The position numbers were made by a program, and so were the translations under genes. Shown one piece after another: positions 27,847 to 37,553 of a DNA stretch of 64,000 nt (position 1 is its first letter; each line of letters begins with the position of its first letter). The stretch covers positions 416,001-480,000 of the forward strand of contig JBDHZC010000001.1 of the NCBI GenBank assembly GCA_039811685.1. The letters are read 5' to 3'. Under the pieces are notes generated by a model, which worked only from the letters and a program-made list of their open reading frames with translations, was not told the DNA's origin and did no database searches. Origin of the DNA: Armatimonadota bacterium (lineage in GTDB: Bacteria > Armatimonadota > UBA5829 > DSUL01).

Positions 27847-30073
27847 GCTGGCGAGGTTGGGCCGGAGACTGGCTGCCCAGATATCTATTGGGTTGCTTAT
27901 CGGTTGCGGACCGGGTGGAAGAATCTGCTTTGCCGCCACTGTGGCATCAGACCAATCGCAACCGTCTTCCTGCCTGGTAATCATAGCCAATCGGCTTAGT
28001 ATCCACGACAGCGACGAACCTCTGTTTGCTGCCTTTCTGCAGAAATCCGCCGCGGCATTGGTGGCGCCCGCCTGTCTAGGGGGACGCAGTGAGGCGGCAG
28101 TCTTCGCGACCGCATCCGCTGGAGCTTACTCGCGTGGCAGCGGCGACTATGGGCTACTCCTCAACTGGAATGAGACGTACGAGAACGATACAGCCGCAGA
28201 CGTCCATCTGCGACGGATCGGCCCTCCTGTAGCTACCGCAGGCATTGTCCATCTGGGTCTGCCCGCAGTCGTAGCGGCCAACCGTCGAGTCGCAAGTCCT
28301 CCAGACGTCTGGATGCTGGGTCAGGCGCTGCGGGATGCTCATGTTCTCAGAGCTGCGTTTGGCAACAGCGATGCGGGTGAATCTGTATCGCGAGTGGGCG
28401 CAGGGCTGCTTTCGGATGCTCACGGTATCATTCCCGTGGGAGACATCGGGCCCCGCACCCTCAAAGTGGACTCAAGATCAGCCAGGGGTGTAACGACTGA
28501 TTTGGATGGTTTTCGCGCAGATGTCCTGGGCGCACTGAGATCGGGAGCCGTCGTCGAAGTGGAGTACGGAGACCTTGACCGCATTGAGGCGGACCGCGGC
28601 GAATACACAAACGCGGCCTATCGCATTGCACGAAAACGCGCAGTAGCCAGGCTCTTCTCCTGGGTTCGAAGCATTCGCAGCGACGTTCCGAACGTACCCA
28701 TTCTCGTGCTTGCGCTTGTCCCGCCACTGTCAGACAGCGGAACGTGGAATAGCCTGGGACTTCTGATAGCATCCGGCGACGCTTACGGCCACTCTCTGCT
28801 TGCAAGTAACACAACCCGGACTCCAGGGATTGTCTCAACTGTTGACATCGCTCCCACTATTCTCGATGCTGTCAGCGTCACAAAGCCACGTCAGATGTTG
28901 GGATATGCCATAAGGGAGGCTTCGGCCTATTCGCAGCCCCTTGACAGGCTGAAGCGCTGGGATTTGATCGTGCGACTGAATGAGGAGTTGCAGTTTCCAG
29001 TCTTGCTGGGTCTCGGTCTGCTTGCAGGAGCCGGCGCACTTGTGGCCACGTGGTATCTGGTCGGCGCCCCAAATTCGCACGCGTGGGGACGAGCCGCAGT
29101 TCTGGCGCTTGCAGTCGTCGCGTGGATACCAGTCATCTTACTGATTCCCCTGGATCGGCCACAGTGGTTTGCGATAGTCGCCCCCGGTGTACTGGTCTCC
29201 CTGGGAGCAGCCGCTGCGTCGGGTGAGAGGGGCCGATTTCTTCCGATGCTCATCCCGGCAGGCTGCATGCTCGCTGGAGTCGCTGCCTCGGCTTTTGGTC
29301 TGGCCGATCTGGTGAAGACCTCTGCGTTGAGCTCTTATCAGCTTCACGGGTTACGTTTCTACGGCATCGGCAATGAGTATATGGGGTGCGTAATCGGCGC
29401 TGCCTCTGCCGTTCCGCTATGGATGGCCGGACGCCGGCAGATCACCCTGCCGCCTGAAGTTCTCGCTGTCTGGTTTGTCTTCTGGGCGCTGATCATTGCG
29501 CTGCCAGCATTTGGCGCGAACCTTGGCGGAGCTGTCGCAGCGACGGTCTCTTTCTCACTGGTATTCAGGGCGCTTACAGGAAAGCGAGTTACCTCTGCCT
29601 CCGCCGCCGTGGCACTAGGGACAGGAGTGGCAGCCGCAATCGCTCTGGCGATAATAGACGCCCTCGCGTCGGGTTCACATCCAACCCATATGGGGATGGC
29701 CGCCCATAGCGTTCTTCACGGGAATGGTCGAGATGTGCTGGCCGCGATCCAGCGCAAGGCGTTCATGAACATCGGGCTTTGGGGGCGCAGTGAAACTAGA
29801 ATCGCTGCTCTGATTTTTGCGGCCGTCTTCGCGACATGGCTACGATATCGAAGTGCGTTAAAGGCCGCATCAAAGTTGCCGCCGGTCGTGACGCAAGGGC
29901 TCATCGGACTCTTCTACGGGGCTCTGACAGCTTTGCTGTTCAACGATTCCGGCGCCGTCAGCATCGCTTTCATTGTCATCTATGTAGTGGGCTGGTACCT
30001 GTGGGATCTCGTCACTCTGAAAACGGGCGGAGCAGTGCAGCTTCGAATGCCACATGCGAGCCCTCGGAGTTGA
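27839..30073 (+). CDS. Uncharacterised polytopic membrane protein with extracellular alkaline-phosphatase-like region
   Basis: SNTTRTPGIVSTVDIAPTIL; about 10 TM helices; RFYGIGNEY, GANLGG, NDSG. Confidence 0.6.
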   Translation: MTELARLGRRLAAQISIGLLIGCGPGGRICFAATVASDQSQPSSCLVIIANRLSIHDSDEPLFAAFLQKSAAALVAPACLGGRSEAAVFATASAGAYSRGSGDYGLLLNWNETYENDTAADVHLRRIGPPVATAGIVHLGLPAVVAANRRVASPPDVWMLGQALRDAHVLRAAFGNSDAGESVSRVGAGLLSDAHGIIPVGDIGPRTLKVDSRSARGVTTDLDGFRADVLGALRSGAVVEVEYGDLDRIEADRGEYTNAAYRIARKRAVARLFSWVRSIRSDVPNVPILVLALVPPLSDSGTWNSLGLLIASGDAYGHSLLASNTTRTPGIVSTVDIAPTILDAVSVTKPRQMLGYAIREASAYSQPLDRLKRWDLIVRLNEELQFPVLLGLGLLAGAGALVATWYLVGAPNSHAWGRAAVLALAVVAWIPVILLIPLDRPQWFAIVAPGVLVSLGAAAASGERGRFLPMLIPAGCMLAGVAASAFGLADLVKTSALSSYQLHGLRFYGIGNEYMGCVIGAASAVPLWMAGRRQITLPPEVLAVWFVFWALIIALPAFGANLGGAVAATVSFSLVFRALTGKRVTSASAAVALGTGVAAAIALAIIDALASGSHPTHMGMAAHSVLHGNGRDVLAAIQRKAFMNIGLWGRSETRIAALIFAAVFATWLRYRSALKAASKLPPVVTQGLIGLFYGALTALLFNDSGAVSIAFIVIYVVGWYLWDLVTLKTGGAVQLRMPHASPRS

Positions 30074-30494
30074 CGTTGGGTCGGTCCGAATCGGACTGGC
30101 GGTGAGCGACGAAACCGGAACACTGTGCACGCCACTTGACGTCTGCAAACGCACACCCAGTCTCAAGCGAGATGCCGCTACGATAGCTCAAAGGGCTTGT
30201 GATGCCGAGGTCGTGCGCATAGTCGTGGGGCATCCGCTGCTGGATAGTGGCGATACCAGTCCTGCAGCGAAGGCCGCGGAGGAATTTGCACAAAGACTGG
30301 GAAGATATACTGACATCCCTGTAGTTCTATGGGACGAACGGCTGTCATCTTTCGAAGCAGAAGAGCGGCTCAGGAACGCTGGAGTCAGCGCCAGAAGAAT
30401 GCGGGATCTTATCGACAGCCAGGCAGCGGCCGTAATTCTTGAGTCCTATCTCAACCACTTGAAAGACCATCCCTCGAGAGACGATGTTTCGTAG
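30054..30494 (+). CDS. ruvX: YqgF/RuvX pre-16S rRNA nuclease
   Basis: LGVDVG..RIGLAVSD, WDERLSS, ID..AA.VILESYL. Confidence 0.95.
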   Translation: MRALGVDVGSVRIGLAVSDETGTLCTPLDVCKRTPSLKRDAATIAQRACDAEVVRIVVGHPLLDSGDTSPAAKAAEEFAQRLGRYTDIPVVLWDERLSSFEAEERLRNAGVSARRMRDLIDSQAAAVILESYLNHLKDHPSRDDVS

Positions 30495-31521
30495 GCAATC
30501 ATCGCTGGAAAGACTGTGGAACTCCGCGCTTGGCACTTTCCGTTTGGCCCGCTGGTACCTGATCTTTGTAGTCGCACTTCTTGCGGTGACCGATCTATTA
30601 TTGCGGGTTGGCGCAGCGCCGCCTACCCAGCGTCACGATCAGGTTCTTATCACGATTCCACCCGCCGCAAGCCGCGAGAAGGTCGCGTCTATTCTGCGCG
30701 GCGCTGAGCTCATCCGAAGCCGGACCGTCTTTCTGATCATCACGCACGTCGGTTATGAGGGCCGCCCTTTTGTGCCTGGAACATATCGCATGCGGATGGA
30801 CATGGACCTGTTCCGGGTTATCAATGAACTCGTAGCAGGACGCGTGGCGGAGTTGAGCGTGACCATCCCAGAAGGCTTCACAGTGACGCAGATAGCCCAC
30901 AGACTCAAGAGAAAGAACGTTATCGCCGACGAAGAGCTATTTCTGAACCTGAGCGAGAGAAAATCGGCTGAGTTTGGGGTAGAGTCCCCAACAGGGAGCC
31001 TTGAAGGCTACCTCTTTCCAGATACGTATCGATTCACTCTCAAGATGGACCCGCGACTGGTGATCGAGCGAATGGTAGGCGATCTCAAGCGCAGAGCTGT
31101 CCAGCCTAACTCCTCGCGTCTGTCGGACTCTGGCGAGCTTCACAAAATTCTTACAGTCGCCAGTCTTATTGAGCGCGAAGCCAAAACGCCTGAAGACCGT
31201 CCCCTGATAGCCTCTGTTATCTACAATAGACTGGCAAGGAATATGCGGCTGCAGGTGGATGCGACCGTACTGTACGCTCTCAAGGAACACAAGAGCCGGG
31301 TTCTCTACAAGGACCTTGACGTTTCCTCAGCCTACAACACCTACAGACATTCAGGTCTGCCTCCAGGACCGATAGCTAATCCTGGGCTGGCATCAATAGA
31401 CGCAGCGCTCCACCCGGCGTCAACAGACTACCTGTACTACGTCGCGGGTAGTGATGGAAGTCATGTGTTTTCGAGAACCTTTGGTGAGCACATCTCAAAC
31501 AGAAGGAAGCAGTCCCTTTGA
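30484..31521 (+). CDS. mltG: Endolytic transglycosylase MltG
   Basis: VTIPEG, LEGYLFPDTY, ASLIEREA, VIYNRL, LQVDAT, YNTY...GLPPGPIANPG. Confidence 0.96.
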   Translation: MFRRQSSLERLWNSALGTFRLARWYLIFVVALLAVTDLLLRVGAAPPTQRHDQVLITIPPAASREKVASILRGAELIRSRTVFLIITHVGYEGRPFVPGTYRMRMDMDLFRVINELVAGRVAELSVTIPEGFTVTQIAHRLKRKNVIADEELFLNLSERKSAEFGVESPTGSLEGYLFPDTYRFTLKMDPRLVIERMVGDLKRRAVQPNSSRLSDSGELHKILTVASLIEREAKTPEDRPLIASVIYNRLARNMRLQVDATVLYALKEHKSRVLYKDLDVSSAYNTYRHSGLPPGPIANPGLASIDAALHPASTDYLYYVAGSDGSHVFSRTFGEHISNRRKQSL

Positions 31522-32057
31522 GTTTACTCAAGCGGCTTGCCCGGTCTCTGGCGCCGGATGTCTGGATTGAATCGGTATGCGAATTGACTCCGCAATATCT
31601 CGGCAGCCTTGGGATTAAGGGATTGATTGTTGATCTGGACAACACCCTGTGCGAATGGCAGAGTGAAGACATTCCGCAGGAAGTCCGCTTGTGGTTGAAG
31701 CAGTTGCAGGAAGCTCGGGTAGGCGTGTGTATAGCATCCAATACTCACAACCGGCGCAGACTGGATCGAGTCGCAAAAGATCTGGGCGTGGCGTATGTCC
31801 AGGGCGTGCCGAAGCCGCGGCGTTTGTGCTTTTCCCGAGCATTTGAGCTGCTTGATCTTCCTCCGGAATCCGTGGCGGTGGCCGGAGACCAGATGTTCAC
31901 AGATGTCCTTGGCGGAAAGCGATCCGGAATTCACACCGTCATGGTGAAACCCATTCACCGGCGCGAGTTCATCGGCACTCGTATCAGCCGTATGGTCGAG
32001 CGCTATCTTATCAGTCTTTTCGAAAAGCACGGGCTATGGCCTCGAAAGATGTCTTGA
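31518..32057 (+). CDS. yqeG: YqeG-family HAD IIIA phosphatase
   Basis: DLDNTL, SN, KP, GDQMFTDVLGG. Confidence 0.93.
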   Translation: MSLLKRLARSLAPDVWIESVCELTPQYLGSLGIKGLIVDLDNTLCEWQSEDIPQEVRLWLKQLQEARVGVCIASNTHNRRRLDRVAKDLGVAYVQGVPKPRRLCFSRAFELLDLPPESVAVAGDQMFTDVLGGKRSGIHTVMVKPIHRREFIGTRISRMVERYLISLFEKHGLWPRKMS

Positions 32058-32058
32058 A

Positions 32059-34863
32059 GTGGCTCCAGATGGAAGATTTACTCTTACACTCCTCGCTCTC
32101 CAATGCCTCGCAATAGGCGTGTGCGCCCTACCCTCACATGGGATTCCAGCCGTTGTCCCGCAATGGACTGACACACCACCAGTAGTAGACGGACGCCTGG
32201 ACGATGTCGCCTGGCGGAAGGCAGCCAGCGTGGGCGAGTTTCAGTGGAATGGCAGGAAAGCGCAAGCATCCACAAACGCCTATCTTGCGTACGACGGCGA
32301 GGCGTTCTACGCCGGGTTCAAATGCGAGGCCCCTGCAGAATCGCTGGACGTGACCTATCTGAAAGACAATAGCCCGGTCTGGCAGGACGAATCAGTAGAG
32401 CTCTTTATCGCCCCGTGGAATGCTCCTGACGCTGGAGGGCTCTACCATTTCGCTGTAAATTCCTCCAGCGCCAGAGCTTTTCTGCGCAACGAGGAAATCC
32501 AGGAGAACCTCGACTGGACAGCAGCCACAGCTCTGACCGCAAAGGGTTGGAGTGCGGAAATTCGTATTCCGTTAAGTATTTTTCGACAAAAGGGCACAAA
32601 CGAGGCCGCGTGGCGCATACTGTTTGGACGAAATGCGAAAGCAATAGGTGAGTCCAGTTCGTGGCCGGAGTGTGGCGGACGATTTGCTTATTTCTGGAGT
32701 TTTGCTGAGCTTCTGCCTCCCGAGGGCAGACCCGGTTTTCTCGGGCGCTATCAGCCGATCACGCCGCGCTCTCGTCCTGATCGGCAGCCTGGCATTCGCA
32801 CCCTGGAGGCAGCGCCTGCAGAACCGGCCATCCAGACCACCCTTATTCCCCAACCGAAACACTCCAAACCCGGCACATCGGCCTTTCGTTTGACGAAAAC
32901 GACCAGAATCGTTATTCCGAAGGTCGCCTCAGGTTTGTCTGTGAGTGCCGCGCGAATTCTCGCTGACTGGATTCAAGAGAAAACTGGAATTCGTCCCATC
33001 GTCCAACGCAGATCTTCTGGAAGTCTCAAAGGTTGCATTCTTATCGCGCGCGCAGGCCAATCAGAGGCTCTGGCGCCTCTCCTCAAAGCTTACGGAGAGC
33101 GCATCAGCGCCGGGTATCCGGGCAAGGAAGGTTACGTTATCGCTGTGGACGCTCAGACTGCGGTTGTCGCGGGAAGCGACGATGCAGGCGTTTTATGGGG
33201 AGCACAGACGATGGCGCAGATGATTAGGACAAATTCGACCGCTGCGCATTCGGCAAGCGCGCCAGAGATTTCAGGGGGAGTCGTGCGAGACCGGCCGAGC
33301 TTTCCTTTTCGAAGCGTGCATCTGCTCACAGCCAAAGACACCTACGCCTTCCAGAGCAAGCTGATTCGCACAGTACTCAGCCCACTTAAGATCAACTATG
33401 TCATACTTCAGATGGATAAGTATGACTGGCACTCTCATCCAGAGATCACAGACCCGGCCAACCACGTCTCCGCATCCGACGTCAGAAAGCTAATAGCCTA
33501 CGCTAGAAACTACGGCATCACGTATATCCCGCTGGTGATGTCACTCGGGCATATGGAGTGGATATTTCGCAACGGACATCATTTGGATATAGCTGAAGAT
33601 CCCTCCAAACCTTACGCTTACTGTCCTCTGAATCCAAAGAGTTACGAGTTGATCTTCGATCTCTTTGACGAAGCCTATGAGCTGTTCGGCCGTCCGGGTC
33701 TGTTTCACATCGGGCATGATGAGTTCGATATGATCGGAAAGTTCCCAACACACGAAGAGTGCGCAAAGCTGGGGAAGGAAGAATTGTACTATCGGGACAC
33801 ACTCAAGCTCGTCGCTCACTTGAAAGCACGCGGCGCACGCGCAATGATGTGGGGAGATATACTCGAAAAGGAAGGCTTCAAACAGCAGATTGCCCGCCTG
33901 CCAAAAGACGTGATGATCGCGGACTGGCACTATGGACCAGGAGAAGACTACCCCAGTGTCGATTTCTTCAAGGAGCATGGGTATGACGTCATCGCAGCAA
34001 CCTGGTACGTTCCGGAAAACATCTATAACTTCAGCAGGTACGCCGCTGAGCACGGCGCCGACGGGATGATGCAGACGACGTGGAGCGGATGGGAACCGGC
34101 GAGTGTGGTTCTTGAAAAATGGCCGGAGCAGATGTATCAGTACATTCTGGGATCTGAGTGGGCGTGGTCGCCAGGAGCCCGTTCGTTGGACACTCTACCC
34201 TACGAGGCGCAAACCGAGTTCAACCGTCGCTGGGGTATAACTACCGTGTCTATAGACCAGAAGCAGGCGCCTGCTTCTGGAGATCTGTTCAGTGTGAATC
34301 TCGGACCGTACGCAAATGTGCCGCTGGCTGACAGTACCCGCTCCCCAGGATGGCTTGGCCTCGGGGCCGGTAACGATCTCAGCAGCCTTTCCGCCGGGCC
34401 GCAGCGACTCGGAAGCTTCACGTACCGTATTCTGGGCTCTTCAGACGGAGCGCCCGCTGCGGTAATGCTACGCGGTCCCCGTATCACAGGGCGGCTACCG
34501 CAGCAGGTGACAGGTATAGCCGTGGACAGCCACGCCAAACAACTGTGGTTCCTACAGACAACGGGATACCTGGAAGGACAAGACAGAACTGTCGGAAGCT
34601 ACACAATACACTACCATGACGGGGCGCATGAGGATGTTCCTCTTGTGTATGGGCGCAATATCCGGTCGTGGAGAGATGCGCAGCCAGTTGCGCAAACCGA
34701 AACCGCTTGGCGCGGCGTTGACGCATTGGGAAAAGCTGTGCGCTTGAGAGCCTTTTGCTGGACCAATCCCCACCCTGAGAAAATCATCCGCGCGATTGAC
34801 TTTATGGCCGTTGAGGACAGTCAGGCATCGCCCGCAGTCGTGGCGATAACGGGGGTCAAGTAG
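32059..34863 (+). CDS. Secreted CBM9-like + GH20 beta-N-acetylhexosaminidase
   Basis: PPVVDGRLDD.AW and DESVELF (CBM9-like); LIPQPK, EGY, DRPSFPFR, HIGHDE catalytic DE pair, MWGD. Confidence 0.88.
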   Translation: MAPDGRFTLTLLALQCLAIGVCALPSHGIPAVVPQWTDTPPVVDGRLDDVAWRKAASVGEFQWNGRKAQASTNAYLAYDGEAFYAGFKCEAPAESLDVTYLKDNSPVWQDESVELFIAPWNAPDAGGLYHFAVNSSSARAFLRNEEIQENLDWTAATALTAKGWSAEIRIPLSIFRQKGTNEAAWRILFGRNAKAIGESSSWPECGGRFAYFWSFAELLPPEGRPGFLGRYQPITPRSRPDRQPGIRTLEAAPAEPAIQTTLIPQPKHSKPGTSAFRLTKTTRIVIPKVASGLSVSAARILADWIQEKTGIRPIVQRRSSGSLKGCILIARAGQSEALAPLLKAYGERISAGYPGKEGYVIAVDAQTAVVAGSDDAGVLWGAQTMAQMIRTNSTAAHSASAPEISGGVVRDRPSFPFRSVHLLTAKDTYAFQSKLIRTVLSPLKINYVILQMDKYDWHSHPEITDPANHVSASDVRKLIAYARNYGITYIPLVMSLGHMEWIFRNGHHLDIAEDPSKPYAYCPLNPKSYELIFDLFDEAYELFGRPGLFHIGHDEFDMIGKFPTHEECAKLGKEELYYRDTLKLVAHLKARGARAMMWGDILEKEGFKQQIARLPKDVMIADWHYGPGEDYPSVDFFKEHGYDVIAATWYVPENIYNFSRYAAEHGADGMMQTTWSGWEPASVVLEKWPEQMYQYILGSEWAWSPGARSLDTLPYEAQTEFNRRWGITTVSIDQKQAPASGDLFSVNLGPYANVPLADSTRSPGWLGLGAGNDLSSLSAGPQRLGSFTYRILGSSDGAPAAVMLRGPRITGRLPQQVTGIAVDSHAKQLWFLQTTGYLEGQDRTVGSYTIHYHDGAHEDVPLVYGRNIRSWRDAQPVAQTETAWRGVDALGKAVRLRAFCWTNPHPEKIIRAIDFMAVEDSQASPAVVAITGVK

Positions 34864-34883
34864 TAGAGGCGGCTAAGATAACG

Positions 34884-34955
34884 TGAGCCGCATTGGATTC
34901 GAACCAATGACCCTCTCCTTAAAAGGGAGATGCTCTACCCCTGAGCTAGCGGCCC
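34884..34955 (-). tRNA. tRNA-Lys (anticodon UUU), CCA not encoded
   Basis: GGGCCGC/GCGGCTC acceptor stem, GCTC/GAGC D arm, TCTCC-CTTTTAA-GGAGA anticodon arm, ATTGG-TTCGAAT-CCAAT T arm. Confidence 0.97.
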
Positions 34956-34965
34956 ACCGCCGAGT

Positions 34966-34971
34966 ATTATA
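34966..34971 (-). promoter_or_regulatory. -10 box of the tRNA-Lys promoter
   Basis: TATAAT 10 nt upstream of the mature tRNA 5' end. Confidence 0.6.
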
Positions 34972-35020
34972 GACGCGCTCCGCCGAACCTCGCCAGTGAG
35001 ATTTCGAGCATCTGCGACAC

Positions 35021-36295
35021 TCAGTCCATCAGGATTGTCTGATCGCGACGCTCCCCAACGCTAACCGCCCACACAGGCACCTCGACAAGCTCTGAAATGC
35101 GATCTATGTAGGCGCGCGCATTCGCGGGGAGATGCTCCAGTTGCCTGGCTTCCACCACGGACTCACTCCACCCGGGCATCTCTTCGTACACTGGCGTAGC
35201 ACGGTTCAGGACGGTTGTATCCTGTGGAAACTGCCGCGTGATCTTTCCGTCAATCTCATAGGCAGTGGCGATCTTCAGGGACTTCTGCCCAGTCAACACG
35301 TCCAGCTTAATCAGCGCCAGACGCGAGCAACTGTTGATGCGAGATGTGAAGTTCACCGCCACCGCATCGAACCAGCCGCACCGTCTCGGCCGGCCTGTTG
35401 TCGTGCCGAACTCTGCCCCTTTCTGACGAATCGCCTCGCCTTGCTCGCCGTGCAGCTCAGTCATAAAGACACCTTCACCGACTCGAGTGGTGTAGACCTT
35501 GGCGACGCCAACCACTTCATCAATACACCGTGGACCGATCCCGGTGCCCACCGTCGCACCGCCTGAGATCGGGTGCGAAGAGGTCACGTACGGGTAGGTA
35601 CCGTGATCAATATCCAGAAGCGACCCGTGCGCACCCTCAAACACGATGGACTCGCCAGCGCCCTGAGCCTTTGAAACAAGATGAGAAGTGTCAGCAACAT
35701 GGGGAGCGATGGCTTCAGCATAGGTGCCGTACTCATCGCAGATTTCGGAAGCGTCCAAAGGCTCTCCGCCGAAGACACTCTTGATAAGACTGTTTTTGTA
35801 CTCCAATATCTCTCGCGTGCGAAGAGCGCAGCGCTCCGGGTCAATCAGATCGCAGATGCGCAAGCCCCACCGCCCGTACTTGTCCTGATAGCACGGGCCA
35901 ATTCCGCGCCCTGTTGTGCCGATTTTCTGAGAACCCCGGTGGCGCTCCTCAAGGCTGTCAAGCAGTTTGTGCCACGGCATAATCACGTGCGCGGTGCTGG
36001 AGATTTTCAGCTTGCCCGTGTCAATCCCGCGGGCGCTGAGGCTGGATAGCTCCCCGCACAGGACAGCCGGGTCTATCACGACCCCATCCGCAATGACAGC
36101 GGTCACGTTCGGGTGAAGAATGCCGGCCGGCATTGTGTGAAACTTGTAGGTCTGGTCGCCAACAACAACTGTGTGCCCCGCGTTGTTGCCACCATTGTAG
36201 CGCACCACCATGCTCGCGTGCTCAGCGAGATAGTCAACTATCTTCCCCTTAGCTTCATCCCCCCACTGAAGACCAACGACCACTGTTGTAGGCAC
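35021..36295 (-). CDS. purA: Adenylosuccinate synthetase
   Basis: QWGDEAKGKIVD, GGNNAGHT, IGTTGRGIGP.Y.DK, GTYPYVTSS, GTTTGRPRRCGWFD. Confidence 0.99.
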   Translation of the reverse strand: MPTTVVVGLQWGDEAKGKIVDYLAEHASMVVRYNGGNNAGHTVVVGDQTYKFHTMPAGILHPNVTAVIADGVVIDPAVLCGELSSLSARGIDTGKLKISSTAHVIMPWHKLLDSLEERHRGSQKIGTTGRGIGPCYQDKYGRWGLRICDLIDPERCALRTREILEYKNSLIKSVFGGEPLDASEICDEYGTYAEAIAPHVADTSHLVSKAQGAGESIVFEGAHGSLLDIDHGTYPYVTSSHPISGGATVGTGIGPRCIDEVVGVAKVYTTRVGEGVFMTELHGEQGEAIRQKGAEFGTTTGRPRRCGWFDAVAVNFTSRINSCSRLALIKLDVLTGQKSLKIATAYEIDGKITRQFPQDTTVLNRATPVYEEMPGWSESVVEARQLEHLPANARAYIDRISELVEVPVWAVSVGERRDQTILMD

Positions 36296-36413
36296 TCTGC
36301 AATCCTTTCCCGCTCAAGTGGCGGCAATCCATTGTCTGATAGCGGCCAGATTCGGCCGCCCTTACATTGTAAGACATGTCGGCTATAATGCAAGCGTAAT
36401 CTTTTTGTGGGTC

Positions 36414-36432
36414 GCATAATGTCAATTTATGC
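36414..36432. promoter_or_regulatory. LysR-type operator (T-N11-A)
   Basis: Perfect dyad GCATAA-N7-TTATGC between a TATAAT (36384-36389) and the LysR start. Confidence 0.7.
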
Positions 36433-36447
36433 AGAGACGGGGAATTA

Positions 36448-37365
36448 TTGGCTGAGGCAGTGGCCACGTGGACTCTTGAACAACTCAGAACATTAGCTGA
36501 AGTAGTAAGAACAGGCAGTTTCACGCGCGCGGCTGAGACACTCAATCTCAGCCAGCCGGCTGTGAGCGTACAGATTCGCTCACTGGAGCGGGCCGTCGGA
36601 GAGGTCTTGCTGGAGAGACGTCCTCGGCGCTTGATCCTCACTGACGCCGGGCGCATTGTCCACGAATCCGCTCTGTCACTGGCTCGGCTGGAGAATGACT
36701 GTCTGGCGCATCTGAGTGATCTTAGAAGTCTGCACGGAGGTTCCTTGCGCCTTGGCGCGGGCGCAACCCCCAGCATCTTCACGCTGGCGGGGGTGTTTGC
36801 GCAGTACTACACGCGCTGGCCCAGAGTAGAGCTCAAAGTACAGATCGGACGCACGTCAGAGCTGTTGGAAGGTGTGTGGCAGGACGAACTGGACATGGCT
36901 ATCGTGTCCTCAGCAGTTTCCAGACAGGGTTTGGAGCAGTTGCCCATCTACTCAGAAACGTGCGTTGCGATCGTGGCCCAGTCTCATCCGCTTGCGGAGC
37001 GCGAAACGGTAGATTTCAAAGAGCTGAGCGCCTGTCCTCTCGTCATGCTGCCTTCTGAGAGCGGGTTTCGCGCCTTTGTCGAGACTGAGCTGGCCAAGCA
37101 GGATTTTGTGCTGACCATCTCCATGGAACTCGCAAGCCTTGAAGCGATCAAAGAGGTGGTGCGAAATGGAGCGCTGGTGTCAATCGTGCCTGAAACGGCC
37201 GTTGCCCTGGAATCAGAGAACGGTGGTATCAAGGCCCTTCCTTTGAGAAATGTCGATCTGCGTCGCCAGACGATAGCGGTTCGCCGCTCTGACAAATATG
37301 TGACGGAAGCCATGCAGGCGTTTTACAGGCTTTTGACAGAGCGCTGGCCCCCTTCAGACCGATAA
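36448..37365 (+). CDS. LysR-family transcriptional regulator
   Basis: GSFTRAAE.L.LSQPAVS.QI..LE HTH and LTDAG, followed by a substrate-binding domain. Confidence 0.96.
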   Translation: MAEAVATWTLEQLRTLAEVVRTGSFTRAAETLNLSQPAVSVQIRSLERAVGEVLLERRPRRLILTDAGRIVHESALSLARLENDCLAHLSDLRSLHGGSLRLGAGATPSIFTLAGVFAQYYTRWPRVELKVQIGRTSELLEGVWQDELDMAIVSSAVSRQGLEQLPIYSETCVAIVAQSHPLAERETVDFKELSACPLVMLPSESGFRAFVETELAKQDFVLTISMELASLEAIKEVVRNGALVSIVPETAVALESENGGIKALPLRNVDLRRQTIAVRRSDKYVTEAMQAFYRLLTERWPPSDR

Positions 37366-37553
37366 TATGAAGAGCTATTCAGACCAAATCACAGCCTCCA
37401 GAGAACAAGATTGCACGGGTTTTGCGTCAGATAACTGGACAATGAAGAGTGCCAGGCGTTCGATTGACACAGACAAGAGCCATCTGTATACTCTACACGG
37501 CTGTCAATGGAGAGAGGGCTGAAGACTTTGCAGGCACGGAGGGCACTGGAAAA

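Noticed and set aside
34884..34955. tRNA-Lys as an island integration site
   Set aside because: No integrase, and I noticed no duplicated tRNA 3' end in the window (by-eye search only).
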